A stretch of 64,000 bases of DNA from Alphaproteobacteria bacterium (GCA_964291675.2 OZ219866.1:1792001-1856000); one strand, 5' to 3'. Shown: positions 9,848 to 19,551, counted from the stretch's first letter. Made by a program: numbers and translations. Notes: generated by a model not told the origin, from the sequence alone.

Positions 9848-11815
9848 GTGTTCCGCGCCGTCCTCATCGCCAATCGCGGCGAGATCGCCTGCCGCGTCGC
9901 CCGCACCTGCCGGCGGCTCGGTATCCGCGCGGTCGCGGTCTATTCCGATGCCGACGCCGACGCTCTCCACGTCCGCGCCTGCGATGCGGCGCTCCGCATC
10001 GGCCCGCCGCCGGCCCGCGAGAGCTATCTCGACGGCGAGGCGATCCTGGCCGCGGCGCGCGACAGCGGGGCCGAGGCGATCCACCCCGGCTACGGCTTCC
10101 TGTCGGAGAACGCCGACTTCGCCGAGGCGGTGGCGGATGCCGGGCGGGTCTTCGTCGGCGCGCCGGCGGCGGCGATGCGGGCGCTGGGCTCGAAGAGCGC
10201 GGCCAGAGCCCTGATGGCGGCGGCGGGGGTCCCGATCCTCCCGGGCTATCACGGCGACGCCCAGGACGACGACACGCTCGGCCCGGAGGCGGAACGGCTC
10301 GGCTACCCGCTGCTCGTCAAGCCCTCGGCCGGCGGCGGCGGGCGCGGCATGCGGATCGTCGAGACCGCGGACGCGCTCGGCGCCGCGCTGCAATCGGCCA
10401 GGCGCGAGGCCGCGTCTTCCTTCGGCGACGATCGCCTGCTGCTGGAGCGCTATTTGGCCAAATCCCGCCATATCGAGGTCCAGGTATTCGCCGACAACGC
10501 GGGCAACGCGATCCATCTGTTCGAGCGCGACTGCTCGGCCCAGCGCCGCCACCAGAAGGTGATCGAGGAAGCCCCGGCGCCAGGGCTCTCTCCCGCCACG
10601 CGGGAGGCGCTCGGCGGGACGGCGGTGGCCGCCGCCCGCGCCGTCGGCTATGCCGGGGCGGGCACGGTCGAGTTTCTGCTCGACGAGAGCGGCGCGTTCT
10701 ACTTCATCGAGATGAACACCCGTCTCCAGGTCGAGCATCCGGTGACCGAAGCCGTCACCGGCTACGATCTCGTCGAATGGCAGCTTCGCATCGCCGCCGG
10801 CGAGGACTTGCCGGTCGCCCAGGAAGCGGTCGCTCTCGACGGCCACGCGATCGAGGCGAGGCTCTGCGCCGAGGACCCGGCTGCCGGGTTCCTGCCCTCG
10901 ACCGGGCCGATCCGGCTGATGCGCCTGCCCGAAGACGACGCCCGCGTCGATACCGGCTTCGATTCGGGCGATGCGGTGACGCCGCACTACGATTCCCTGC
11001 TCGCCAAGCTCGTGGTGCACGCGCCCGCCCGCGACGCCGCCCGCGCGCGGCTCGCCGAGGCGCTCGGGGAAGTCGCCGTGGCCGGCCCCGCCACCAACCG
11101 CGACTTCCTCATCCGGGTCATCGCCGAAGACGCCTTCCGGGCCGGCACGCTCGATACCGGCTATCTCGACCGCAACCTGGAGGCGCTGACCGCTCGCAGG
11201 GACGATCCGCCCGACTCTGTCCTTGCGCTGGCTGCGCTGGCTGCGATGCGGGTTCAGGATTTCGGCGATTCCGCCTCGCCCTGGACCGCGCTGCGCGGCT
11301 GGCGGCTCAACGCCCCCGCCCGGCGCGCGGTCGACTTCCGCCTCGGCGGGGATGTCGCCACCGTGCTGTCTGAGGGGACGGCGTTCCGCTTTCCCGGCGG
11401 ACGCACGCGGCAGGTCCGCTCGCTGCCCTCCGATGCGCCGCAACTCGCGGTCGAGATCGACGGCGAGGCGCTGTCGGCGGTGGCGGTCTGCGACGATGGC
11501 GCGGCGACCGTCTTCACCTCGGACACCACCTGGCGGCTGGCGCTGTTCGATCCCGTGGCCGAGGCCGAAGCGGGCGCACGCGAAGCGCCACCCGCCGTGC
11601 CGCTCGCCCCGATGCCGGGGGTGGTGGTCGCGGTCAGCGTCGCCGGCGGCGACAGGGTCGCCAAGGGTCAGCCGCTGCTGGTGATCGAGGCCATGAAGGT
11701 CGAGCACACCATCCGCGCGCCCGCGGCCGGCACGGTTGACGCGGTGCACTACGCGGTGGGCGATCGAGTCGACGAGGGCGCGGAGCTCGCCGCCTTCACC
11801 CCGGAAGAGGCGTAG
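9848..11815 (+). CDS. mccA: Methylcrotonyl-CoA carboxylase alpha (biotin carboxylase/BCCP) subunit
   Basis: IANRGEIA, HPGYGFLSEN, GGGGRGM, EMNTRLQVEHPVTE and an EAMK biotinylation site. Confidence 0.9.
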   Translation: MFRAVLIANRGEIACRVARTCRRLGIRAVAVYSDADADALHVRACDAALRIGPPPARESYLDGEAILAAARDSGAEAIHPGYGFLSENADFAEAVADAGRVFVGAPAAAMRALGSKSAARALMAAAGVPILPGYHGDAQDDDTLGPEAERLGYPLLVKPSAGGGGRGMRIVETADALGAALQSARREAASSFGDDRLLLERYLAKSRHIEVQVFADNAGNAIHLFERDCSAQRRHQKVIEEAPAPGLSPATREALGGTAVAAARAVGYAGAGTVEFLLDESGAFYFIEMNTRLQVEHPVTEAVTGYDLVEWQLRIAAGEDLPVAQEAVALDGHAIEARLCAEDPAAGFLPSTGPIRLMRLPEDDARVDTGFDSGDAVTPHYDSLLAKLVVHAPARDAARARLAEALGEVAVAGPATNRDFLIRVIAEDAFRAGTLDTGYLDRNLEALTARRDDPPDSVLALAALAAMRVQDFGDSASPWTALRGWRLNAPARRAVDFRLGGDVATVLSEGTAFRFPGGRTRQVRSLPSDAPQLAVEIDGEALSAVAVCDDGAATVFTSDTTWRLALFDPVAEAEAGAREAPPAVPLAPMPGVVVAVSVAGGDRVAKGQPLLVIEAMKVEHTIRAPAAGTVDAVHYAVGDRVDEGAELAAFTPEEA

Positions 11816-12681
11816 CCGTCGAAGCCGTAGAGGCGGGCCGGGTTGTCGACCAGGATCCTGCGGCGCAACGCCTCGTCCGGGGCGTAGGCCAGCAGCAATT
11901 CGGTCAGCTCTCCGTCATTGGGCATGCGACCCGCGATATTGGGGTGCGGCCAGTCGGTTCCCCACAGCACCCGGTCCGGCGCGGCTTCGATCAGGGCGGC
12001 GGCGAAGGGGACCACGTCGTCGAAAGGCGGGCCGGCCGCCGACAGGCGCTCGGCGCAGGATATCTTGACCCAGAAATCGGCGTCGCGGAGGAACCCGAGG
12101 AGTTGCCGGAACGCCGGCTGGTCGAGCCCGTCGGCGACGCGCACCCGCGCCATGTGGTCGATCACCACCGGAACGCCCAGCCGCCCGAGCGCCTGCGCGT
12201 TCTCCACCACGTCATCGGCCTCAAGGTAGAGCACCAGATGCCAGCCGAGCGGCGCGATGCGTCTTGCGACCCGCGCGACGCGGGAGAAATCCGGCGGGCC
12301 GCTGAGATGGCGGGCGAAGCTCATCCGCACCCCGCGCACCCCGCCCTCGTGCAGCGCCTCCAGCCCGGCGTCGGCGACGGCTTCGCCGATCATCGCGACG
12401 CCGCGATAGCGCCCCTCCGACCGGGCGATGGCATCCAGCATGGCACGGTTGTCGTCGCCGTGGCAGGTCGCCTGGACGATGACCGCGCGGTCGAGCCCGA
12501 GCGTCGCATGCAGCCTCGCCAGCGCCTCGCGCGGGGCGTCGGGCGGCGTGTAGGAGCGCCTCGGATGGTAGGGAAACACATCTCCCGGCCCGAACACGTG
12601 GCAATGCGAATCGCAGGCGCCCGGCGGCAGCGCAAACGACGGCGCGCGCGGATTGGGGTCCGGCGGCTGGCAGGTCTTCAT
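11749..12681 (-). CDS. Amidohydrolase_2 family, 2-pyrone-4,6-dicarboxylate lactonase (LigI)-like
   Basis: CDSHCHVFGP, VQATCHG, IDHMAR, WGTDWPHPN, DNPARLYGF. Coupled to a PrpF/GalD-like gene. Confidence 0.8.
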   Translation of the reverse strand: MKTCQPPDPNPRAPSFALPPGACDSHCHVFGPGDVFPYHPRRSYTPPDAPREALARLHATLGLDRAVIVQATCHGDDNRAMLDAIARSEGRYRGVAMIGEAVADAGLEALHEGGVRGVRMSFARHLSGPPDFSRVARVARRIAPLGWHLVLYLEADDVVENAQALGRLGVPVVIDHMARVRVADGLDQPAFRQLLGFLRDADFWVKISCAERLSAAGPPFDDVVPFAAALIEAAPDRVLWGTDWPHPNIAGRMPNDGELTELLLAYAPDEALRRRILVDNPARLYGFDGYASSGVKAASSAPSSTRSPTA

Positions 12682-13796
12682 CCGACACCGCCCGGCCGCG
12701 CGGGCTCCGGCCCGCCGTTCCACACCGCGCGCGGGATCAGCACATTGCCTTCGAACAGAAGGCGCGCCGTGCGCAGCAGCGCGGCCCGCGTCACCGTCAG
12801 CGACCCGGCGTCGCCTTCGGCCTCCAGCTCGACGGAGAACTCGCCCGACGGGTGCTCCACCGAGATCAATCGCCGCGGACCCGGCGGCAGGCGCGCGACG
12901 TCGTGGGCGACCGAGCCTTCGATCACCGCGGCGGTCGCTACCGTCACCGCGGCCAGCACGCCGATCGCGGCATGGCAGCGATGCGGGATGAAGCAGCGCG
13001 TATTGAGCGCGCCGTCTCCCCGTGGCGGCGAGACCAGACAGAGCTTGGGCACCACCTTGTGGGCCACGTCGCCGAGACGCATCGCCGGGCCGATGGCGAG
13101 CCGGATCGCTTCCAGCCGGCGCCTGAAAGCCGCATCGGCCTCCAGCGCCACCGGTGACTCGGTCCCGGCCAGTCCGAAGGAAGAGGCGGCCATGATGGCG
13201 ACCGGCATGCCGTTGTCGATGCAGGTGATCTCGACACCGTCGACGGTGTCGCGCAGAGCGCCGGTCGGCAGCAGGCTGCCGCAGGCCGACCCCGCGACGT
13301 CGAGGAAGTCGATGAGTATCGGCGCCGCGGTCCCCGGCGCGCCGTCGATCCGGGCAGTCCCGTCATAGGTCACCGTCCCGCCCGGCGTCTCGACCGTCTG
13401 ATCGCACAGGCTGTCGGAGTTCACCATGCGGATGCGCAGCGTCGACCGGTCGCCTGCCGCCGCGACGAGCCCCCGTTCCAGCGCGAACGGGCCGACGCCC
13501 GCCAGCATGTTGCCGCAATTGGGAGCGGTATCGACCCGCGCCTCGCCAACCACCACCTGGGCGAACAGATAGTCGACATCGACTCCCGGCACGCCGGATG
13601 GCCCGACGATGGCCACCTTGCTGGTCAGCGGGTCGGCGCCGCCCACGCCGTCGATCTGGCGCAGATCCGCCGAGCCCATCGCCGCCAGCAATACCCGGTC
13701 GCGCAGCGCCGGGTCGCCGGGAAGGTCGGAGGCGAGGAAGTAGAGCCCCTTCGAGGTGCCTCCGCGCATCAGCGCCGCGGGTATGCGGGTCTGCAT
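12678..13796 (-). CDS. PrpF-family isomerase, 4-oxalomesaconate tautomerase (GalD/LigU)-like
   Basis: MRGGTSKG, QIDGVGGADPLTSKVA, NCGNMLAGV, IDNGMP, EHPSG, LLRTAR. Confidence 0.85.
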   Translation of the reverse strand: MQTRIPAALMRGGTSKGLYFLASDLPGDPALRDRVLLAAMGSADLRQIDGVGGADPLTSKVAIVGPSGVPGVDVDYLFAQVVVGEARVDTAPNCGNMLAGVGPFALERGLVAAAGDRSTLRIRMVNSDSLCDQTVETPGGTVTYDGTARIDGAPGTAAPILIDFLDVAGSACGSLLPTGALRDTVDGVEITCIDNGMPVAIMAASSFGLAGTESPVALEADAAFRRRLEAIRLAIGPAMRLGDVAHKVVPKLCLVSPPRGDGALNTRCFIPHRCHAAIGVLAAVTVATAAVIEGSVAHDVARLPPGPRRLISVEHPSGEFSVELEAEGDAGSLTVTRAALLRTARLLFEGNVLIPRAVWNGGPEPARPGGVG

Positions 13797-13957
13797 GTCC
13801 GGCCTGGTTCGCCCCGTAGTGAACTCCGGCATCCAACCGGGATACTAGCCGTCGCTGTCGCCGGCAAGGGGCGCGGGGCGAGACGATGGGTCGCGCTGGC
13901 GCCGGTGACCTTCGGCGTTATCATGATCGCCCAGCCCGGCGCCGGGAAAGGCGGTCA

Positions 13958-15022
13958 ATGTCCGGCAGTCGAACAGTCTCCGTGTCGCTCTTCGGCTCCC
14001 TTGCCTTGTGGCTGGCCGCCGCTCCGCCGGTCGGGCCGGCCCTGGCCGCGGAGGAGCTGCGCATCGCCTCCGGACATCCCGGTACGCCGTGGCACGCCTT
14101 CGCCGCCGTGCTTGCGCGGCAGTTCCAAGCCGCCGCGCCGGGCACCCGCGCCAGGCTGGTTCGCGGCGGCAACGGCTACTGGAACCCGATCGTCGTCAAC
14201 TCGCGGCGCGCCGAGTTCGGCCTATCGAACACCGCCTCGGCGGCCTGGGCCTATAGCGGGGACGAGACCGCGTACGGCAAGAAGAAATACGCCGACATCC
14301 GGGCGGTCATCGCGGGCTTGAGGCCGGTCTGGATCGTCCCGATGATGCGCGAGGGCTACATTCGGGAGACCGGTTCTTCCACCCTGCGGCGGGCATTGCG
14401 GGTGCCGCGGGCGGCGCCGCGGATCGTCATGCGACCCGCGTCCAGCGTCGTGCCGGTGGTCGTCGACAAGATCCTTGCGGCGATGGGCACGAGCCGGCAA
14501 ATCCTGCGCGAGCGCGGCGGCGACGTGCTGCAGCTCGGCGCCGCCCAGATACCCTCGATGCTCCGGGGCGGGCGGGCCGACCTCTATTTCGAAGCCGTCG
14601 GGCCGGGCCGCGCCGCTGCTCTCAAGGCCGCGCTCTCCGGCCATGTCCGCCTCGTCGATCTGCCTCCGGGTGCGCGCGACGCGCTCGGCGGGAACGGCCT
14701 GATCCCGCTTTCCCTGCCGCTTGGGCCGGAGCGCGAGAGCCGCGCGGTCAGCACGGTCGAGCTCGGCACCATGCTGATCGTCCACCGGGATGTCGGAAAC
14801 CGGCAGGTCTACCGCATGCTGGAGGTCCTGACCGCGGGCCGCGACGCGCTCGCCCGGAGCCATCCGGCCTGGCGCGACTATGCGCCGAGCCCCTATCGGG
14901 CGCTCAAGACGCGCGGCGTGCCGTTGCATCCCGCCGCGCTTCGCTTCTTTCGCGAGCGGGGCTGGCCCGAGCAGGCGAAGCGGGGGCCCATCCCGATCCC
15001 CCGCTCGAAGCCGGTCCGCTGA
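13958..15022 (+). CDS. TAXI-family TRAP solute-binding protein
   Basis: Signal peptide ending ALA, LRIASG, C-terminal VPLHPAALRFFRERG typical of TAXI receptors. Confidence 0.75.
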   Translation: MSGSRTVSVSLFGSLALWLAAAPPVGPALAAEELRIASGHPGTPWHAFAAVLARQFQAAAPGTRARLVRGGNGYWNPIVVNSRRAEFGLSNTASAAWAYSGDETAYGKKKYADIRAVIAGLRPVWIVPMMREGYIRETGSSTLRRALRVPRAAPRIVMRPASSVVPVVVDKILAAMGTSRQILRERGGDVLQLGAAQIPSMLRGGRADLYFEAVGPGRAAALKAALSGHVRLVDLPPGARDALGGNGLIPLSLPLGPERESRAVSTVELGTMLIVHRDVGNRQVYRMLEVLTAGRDALARSHPAWRDYAPSPYRALKTRGVPLHPAALRFFRERGWPEQAKRGPIPIPRSKPVR

Positions 15023-15121
15023 AGGCGGCGTTTTCGCGCCCGGCCGACGGAAAGACTCGGAAGGAGGGCTGGAGATCGTCTATATCGTCGGCAATCCTTC
15101 GCGGAGCGGGGCTGTACGCCG

Positions 15122-15937
15122 ATGATCGATCCGCCGACGCCGATGATTGCGGTCTCGGGCGTGCGCAAGCGTCTCGACGGTGTCGATGTCCTCAGCGACG
15201 TCGATCTCGAGATCGGCCGGGGCGAGCTGGTCGCGCTGAGCGGGCCGTCGGGCAGCGGCAAGACGCTGCTGCTCAAGGCGATCATCGGGCTCATCGAGCC
15301 CGATGGCGGCAGCATCAGGATCGACGGGCAAGAGACGGTCGGCGCCGCCCCCGCCGCGCGCGAGGCCGCCACGAGACGCATCGGCATGCTGTTCCAGCGC
15401 TCCGCCCTGTTCGACAGCATGCCGGTGTGGGAGAACGTCGTTTTCCGGTCGCTCGGCGAGGGTTCGCTCGATCGCCGCTCGGGTTTCGAGGCCGCCGTCG
15501 AGAAGATCGCCGCCGTCGGGCTCGCGCCGGAAACCGCGGCGCTCTACCCGGCCGATCTGTCGGGCGGCATGCAGAAGCGCGCAGCACTCGCCCGGGCCAT
15601 CGCCGACGATCCCGAGATCCTCCTGCTCGACGAGCCGACGGCCGGGCTCGATCCGATCATGTCGACCGTCATCAACGACCTGATCCGCGAGACCGCTTCG
15701 CGGCTCGACGCGACGGTGCTGCTGGTGACCAGCGACATGGCCGGGGCGCGGCGGACGACCGACCGGTTCGCCATGATGCACGCGGGCGGTATCGTCTGGC
15801 AGGGGCCGACCGATTCGATCGGCGATAGCGGGAATGCGTTCGTCGACCGGTTCGTTCACCGCCGCGCCGACGGACCGGTCGGGACGCTGGGCGATACCGT
15901 CGGCAGCGACGAATTGCCGGGAGCCGGCGCGACATGA
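15122..15937 (+). CDS. ABC ATP-binding protein, MlaF/Ttg2A-like
   Basis: Walker A GPSGSGKT, LFQRSALFDS, LSGGMQKR signature, LLDEPTAGLDP. H-loop reads VTSD. Confidence 0.82.
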   Translation: MIDPPTPMIAVSGVRKRLDGVDVLSDVDLEIGRGELVALSGPSGSGKTLLLKAIIGLIEPDGGSIRIDGQETVGAAPAAREAATRRIGMLFQRSALFDSMPVWENVVFRSLGEGSLDRRSGFEAAVEKIAAVGLAPETAALYPADLSGGMQKRAALARAIADDPEILLLDEPTAGLDPIMSTVINDLIRETASRLDATVLLVTSDMAGARRTTDRFAMMHAGGIVWQGPTDSIGDSGNAFVDRFVHRRADGPVGTLGDTVGSDELPGAGAT

Positions 15938-16713
15938 CCGCAAGACTGGTTTTTCCCGATGACGTGCGCCCGGATTTCGAGGGTTTCTCGGACGCCGCGT
16001 TCGGCTTCCTGGACGGGCTTGCGCGCAACAACGAGCGCGGCTGGTTCATCAAGAACCGGGAGACCTACGAGACCGAGGTGAGGTTTCCGCTCGAATGCCT
16101 GGTTGCCGAATTCCGCCCGGGCGGCGCCGGCAGGGGGCTGCCGGTGCGCGGGGATCCGACCAAGGCGATCTTCCGCATTTACCGCGATATCCGGTTCTCC
16201 AAGAACAAGCAGCCCTACAAGACCCATGCCGGAGCGGTGCTTTCGCGGACCGGCTCGCGCGGCGAGCCGGGCGTTGTCTATATCCACATCCAGCCGGGAA
16301 ATTGCTTCGTGTCGGCCGGGTTCTGGCGCGTCGACCCGCCGACCCTCGCGGCCTGGCGCCGACGCATGGTCGAGGACCCCGAAGAGTGGCTCGCCATCGT
16401 CGCGCCCTATGCCGAGGGCAGGGATGCCGCCTATATGCGGACCATTTCGGCCCTCAAGACGATGCCGCGCGGCTTCAGGCAGGATGCGGACTCGCCGGTC
16501 GCCGAATGGGTCAGGTGGAAGTCGTTCCTGCTGACCCGGCAGGTCGAGGACGGCGACGCGCAGACCCGCGGCCTCGTCGAGATCATCCGCGAGCACGCCG
16601 CGAAGGCGGTCCCGCTGCTCGAATACGGCTGGGAGATCGCCGACATGCCGGCCGATGCCGATCCGCGCCGGCATATGCGCGCCCCGCGTGCGGGGGACGC
16701 GGATTGGGCCTAG
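15934..16713 (+). CDS. DUF2461 / TIGR02453 family protein
   Basis: LARNNERGWF, IFRIYRDIRFSKNKQPYK, YIHIQPG, LKTMPRGF. Confidence 0.85.
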   Translation: MTARLVFPDDVRPDFEGFSDAAFGFLDGLARNNERGWFIKNRETYETEVRFPLECLVAEFRPGGAGRGLPVRGDPTKAIFRIYRDIRFSKNKQPYKTHAGAVLSRTGSRGEPGVVYIHIQPGNCFVSAGFWRVDPPTLAAWRRRMVEDPEEWLAIVAPYAEGRDAAYMRTISALKTMPRGFRQDADSPVAEWVRWKSFLLTRQVEDGDAQTRGLVEIIREHAAKAVPLLEYGWEIADMPADADPRRHMRAPRAGDADWA

Positions 16714-16723
16714 ACTGGCCTGC

Positions 16724-18160
16724 ATGAAGGCTCGAAACGAACCCGCGCCGGACCTGCGAAGCTTCCTCGCCGCCAACCCGGCGCTGGTGTTCCGGCCGGA
16801 CGGCCCGCTCTCGGTCGTCGAGGAGATCACCGCCGTCCTGCACGCGCTGGAGGCGGAGAAGCGCCAGCCCGTCGTCCTCGTCGAACGTCCCCGCCGCGGC
16901 GACGGCACGAAGAGCGACATGCCCGTGCTGTGCAACCTGACCGGCAGCCGCGAAGTCTGCGCTTCGGCGCTCGGGCTCGCCGATCACCGGGACAGCGCGC
17001 GCCACTTCGCCGAGCTCGCCGCCGGCGGGATCGCGCCGGTCGCGGTCGGCCGCGCCGACGCCCCGGTCCAGGCGATCGTCGCCGAGGGCGCCCAGGCCGA
17101 TCTGCGGTCCCTGCCGGCGCTTAAGCAGCATGGCGGCGATGCCGGCCACTACATCACCGCGGGCCACGTGGTGACCGCCGATCCCGAGACCGGGATCGAC
17201 AACATGGCGATCCAGCGCTGCTGGGTGCGCGGGGCGCGGCTGATGGGCGTCTACCCCTACTCGACCTCGCACAACTGGCTCAACGTCGCCAAGTACTGGG
17301 ACCGGGGCGAGCCCTGCCCGGTCGCGGTGTGGATCGGCCACCACCCGGCGCTGGTGATCGGCACCCAGGCCAAGTTCGCCTATCCGAGGAGCCACTGGGA
17401 AGCGGCCGGAGCGGCGCTCGGCGCGCCGGTGCGGCTGGTTCCCAGCATCACCCACGGCGCGGCCGTCATGGTGCCGGCCGACGCGGAGATCGTCATCGAG
17501 GGGTTCATCCCGCCGCACCGGCTGGAGGCCGAGGGTCCGTTCGCCGAGTTCACCGGCTACCAGGGGCCGCAGGTCGCCAACCCGGTCGTCGAGGTGACCG
17601 CGATCACGCGGCGCGCGGACGCGATCTACCACGATTGCGGCGCCGGGCTCGCCGATCACCTGGTGCCCGACAACATGGCGATGGAGGGCGCGATCTTCGC
17701 CATGTGCCGCAACGCCGCGCCGGCGCTCAGGCGGGTGCATGTGCCGATGTCGGGGCGGCGCTTCCACGCCTATCTCCAGTTCGAGAACCCGCGCCCCGGC
17801 GAGGTGCGCGACGCGCTGACCGCGGCGCTCTCCTATCGCCGGCTCAAGGCGGTCATGGCGTTCGACGAGGACATCGACATCTTCGACGATTCCCAGGCGA
17901 TGTGGGCGCTCGCCACGCGGCTGCAATGGGACCGCGACACCATCCGCATCGACCGGCTCTCGGAGGCCAATCTCGACCCTTCGACCCCGCCCGGGGCCGG
18001 ATCGACGACCAAGATGGCGCTCGATGCGACCCTGCCGCCGCCGCGCCGCCCGGGCGCGCCCAAACCGGTGCCCCGCGTCAACCGGGTGAACGAGCGGGCG
18101 CTGGCAGCCGCTCGTGCCGCTGTCGCGGCGGCCGACCGGTCCGGATGGCCGGGCGCCTGA
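16724..18160 (+). CDS. UbiD-family (prFMN-dependent) decarboxylase
   Basis: DLRSFL, NMAIQR, AEIVIEG, EGPFAEFTGY, DEDIDIFD, WALATR, LDPS, KMALDAT. Confidence 0.88.
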   Translation: MKARNEPAPDLRSFLAANPALVFRPDGPLSVVEEITAVLHALEAEKRQPVVLVERPRRGDGTKSDMPVLCNLTGSREVCASALGLADHRDSARHFAELAAGGIAPVAVGRADAPVQAIVAEGAQADLRSLPALKQHGGDAGHYITAGHVVTADPETGIDNMAIQRCWVRGARLMGVYPYSTSHNWLNVAKYWDRGEPCPVAVWIGHHPALVIGTQAKFAYPRSHWEAAGAALGAPVRLVPSITHGAAVMVPADAEIVIEGFIPPHRLEAEGPFAEFTGYQGPQVANPVVEVTAITRRADAIYHDCGAGLADHLVPDNMAMEGAIFAMCRNAAPALRRVHVPMSGRRFHAYLQFENPRPGEVRDALTAALSYRRLKAVMAFDEDIDIFDDSQAMWALATRLQWDRDTIRIDRLSEANLDPSTPPGAGSTTKMALDATLPPPRRPGAPKPVPRVNRVNERALAAARAAVAAADRSGWPGA

Positions 18161-18162
18161 CG

Positions 18163-18327
18163 ATGGCCGAGAAGCAGGGAAGCGCGGTGTTCGTCCGCTG
18201 CCCGTCCTGCGCGGGATGGTTCAACGCCGCCGCGCCTCTGGTTGACCGCGGCGACATCGCGCTCTATTGCCCCGCCTGCACCCGCCGATTCCTGCCCGAA
18301 GAGGCGGCCGAGATCGACCGGCCGTAA
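18163..18327 (+). CDS. Small zinc-ribbon protein (54 aa, CxxC...CxxC)
   Basis: MAEKQGSAVFVRCPSCAGWF...LYCPACTRRF fills the gap between UbiD (2 nt upstream) and the MFS gene (5 nt downstream). Confidence 0.7.
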   Translation: MAEKQGSAVFVRCPSCAGWFNAAAPLVDRGDIALYCPACTRRFLPEEAAEIDRP

Positions 18328-18332
18328 CCCGC

Positions 18333-19547
18333 ATGCCCTCCGCCAACTGGCGCACCCCGTTCGTCATCCTGCTTTGCGGCACGGCGGTCATGCTGATCGC
18401 CTTCGGGGTTCGCATGACCTACGGGCTCTGGATCGCTCCCGCGAGCACCGGCCTCGGCTGGGGTCTGGAGAGCCTGAGCTTCGCGCAGGCGGTGCAGGCG
18501 CTGGTGTGGGGATTCGCCGCGCCGGTCATGGGCGTGATCGCCGATCGCCACGGTACCGGGCGGGTGATCGCGGGCTGCGGCATCGCGTTTGCCCTCGGGT
18601 TTCTGGTCACCGCCAACGCGACCACCCGGATCGAGGCGTTTCTCGGCATCGGCGTGTTGACCGGAATCGCGATGGGCGGGCTGACGGCCTCGGTCATCCT
18701 GTCGGCGATCAGCAAGGTCGTGGAGGACGAGAAGAAGCGCGGTCTGTATGCCGGTATCGCGAGCGCCGGGGGGTCCTCCGGCCAGGTGTTCCTGGTCCCC
18801 GTCGTCCAGTTCGTGCTGGATACGACAGACTGGATGACCGCGCTGTTCGTGCTGGCGGCGGTGACCGCGGCGATCGTTCCGCTCGCCTACACGATGGTCT
18901 CCAGGCGCGAGCATCTCGCCACCGCGAGCGGACAGCAATCGCTGGGCGAGGCGCTCGAAGAAGCCTTCCGGCATCGCGGATATCTGCTTCTCACGGCCGG
19001 GTACTTCGTTTGCGGCTTCCAGACCCTGTTCATGGTGACCCATCTCCCGCCGATGCTGGAGACCTACGACGTATCGCGCGAGATGGGGGCGTGGTCGATC
19101 GCGCTGATCGGCCTGTTCAACATCCTCGGTTGCGTGATCTTCGGCGCCGCCGGCGGGCGCTGGCGCAAGAAGAACCTGCTCGCCTGGATCTATATCGCGC
19201 GCGCCGTCGCGATGACGGCGTTCATCCTGCTGCCCGTCACCGACACGAGCATCGTCGTGTTCTCCGCGGTGATGGGCATCCTGTGGCTCGGGGTCGTGCC
19301 GCTCACCGGCGGCGTCGTCGCCCAGATCTTCGGCACCCGCTACATGGCGACGCTGTTCGGCTGTGCGTTCGTGTCGCACCAGCTCGGCGGGTTCGTCGGC
19401 ATCTGGGCCGGCGGCTGGCTGTTCGACACGACCGGGAACTACCTGGTCGTCTGGTGGGCTTCCATCGCGCTCGGCGTGGTCGCCGCGGCCTTCAACCTGC
19501 CGATCGACGACCGCCCGGTGGAGCGCCTCGCCCAGCAGCGCTCCTGA
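18333..19547 (+). CDS. MFS transporter
   Basis: About 12 hydrophobic segments, IADRHG motif A, GYFVCGFQ, SHQLGGF. Confidence 0.88.
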   Translation: MPSANWRTPFVILLCGTAVMLIAFGVRMTYGLWIAPASTGLGWGLESLSFAQAVQALVWGFAAPVMGVIADRHGTGRVIAGCGIAFALGFLVTANATTRIEAFLGIGVLTGIAMGGLTASVILSAISKVVEDEKKRGLYAGIASAGGSSGQVFLVPVVQFVLDTTDWMTALFVLAAVTAAIVPLAYTMVSRREHLATASGQQSLGEALEEAFRHRGYLLLTAGYFVCGFQTLFMVTHLPPMLETYDVSREMGAWSIALIGLFNILGCVIFGAAGGRWRKKNLLAWIYIARAVAMTAFILLPVTDTSIVVFSAVMGILWLGVVPLTGGVVAQIFGTRYMATLFGCAFVSHQLGGFVGIWAGGWLFDTTGNYLVVWWASIALGVVAAAFNLPIDDRPVERLAQQRS

Positions 19548-19551
19548 GGCG

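Noticed and set aside
8159-11749. 1196-aa antisense ORF over mccB/mccA, and similar long antisense ORFs such as 54557..56764, 47417..49597 and 61325..63031
   Set aside because: Codon-bias shadows opposite clearly identifiable genes.
15040-15102. Possible pseudoknot or riboswitch (CCGACG/CGTCGG and GAAGGA/TCCTTC pairings) before the ABC ATPase
   Set aside because: Only 6-bp helices in GC-rich DNA and no match to a riboswitch consensus I recognise. An Rfam scan would be needed.
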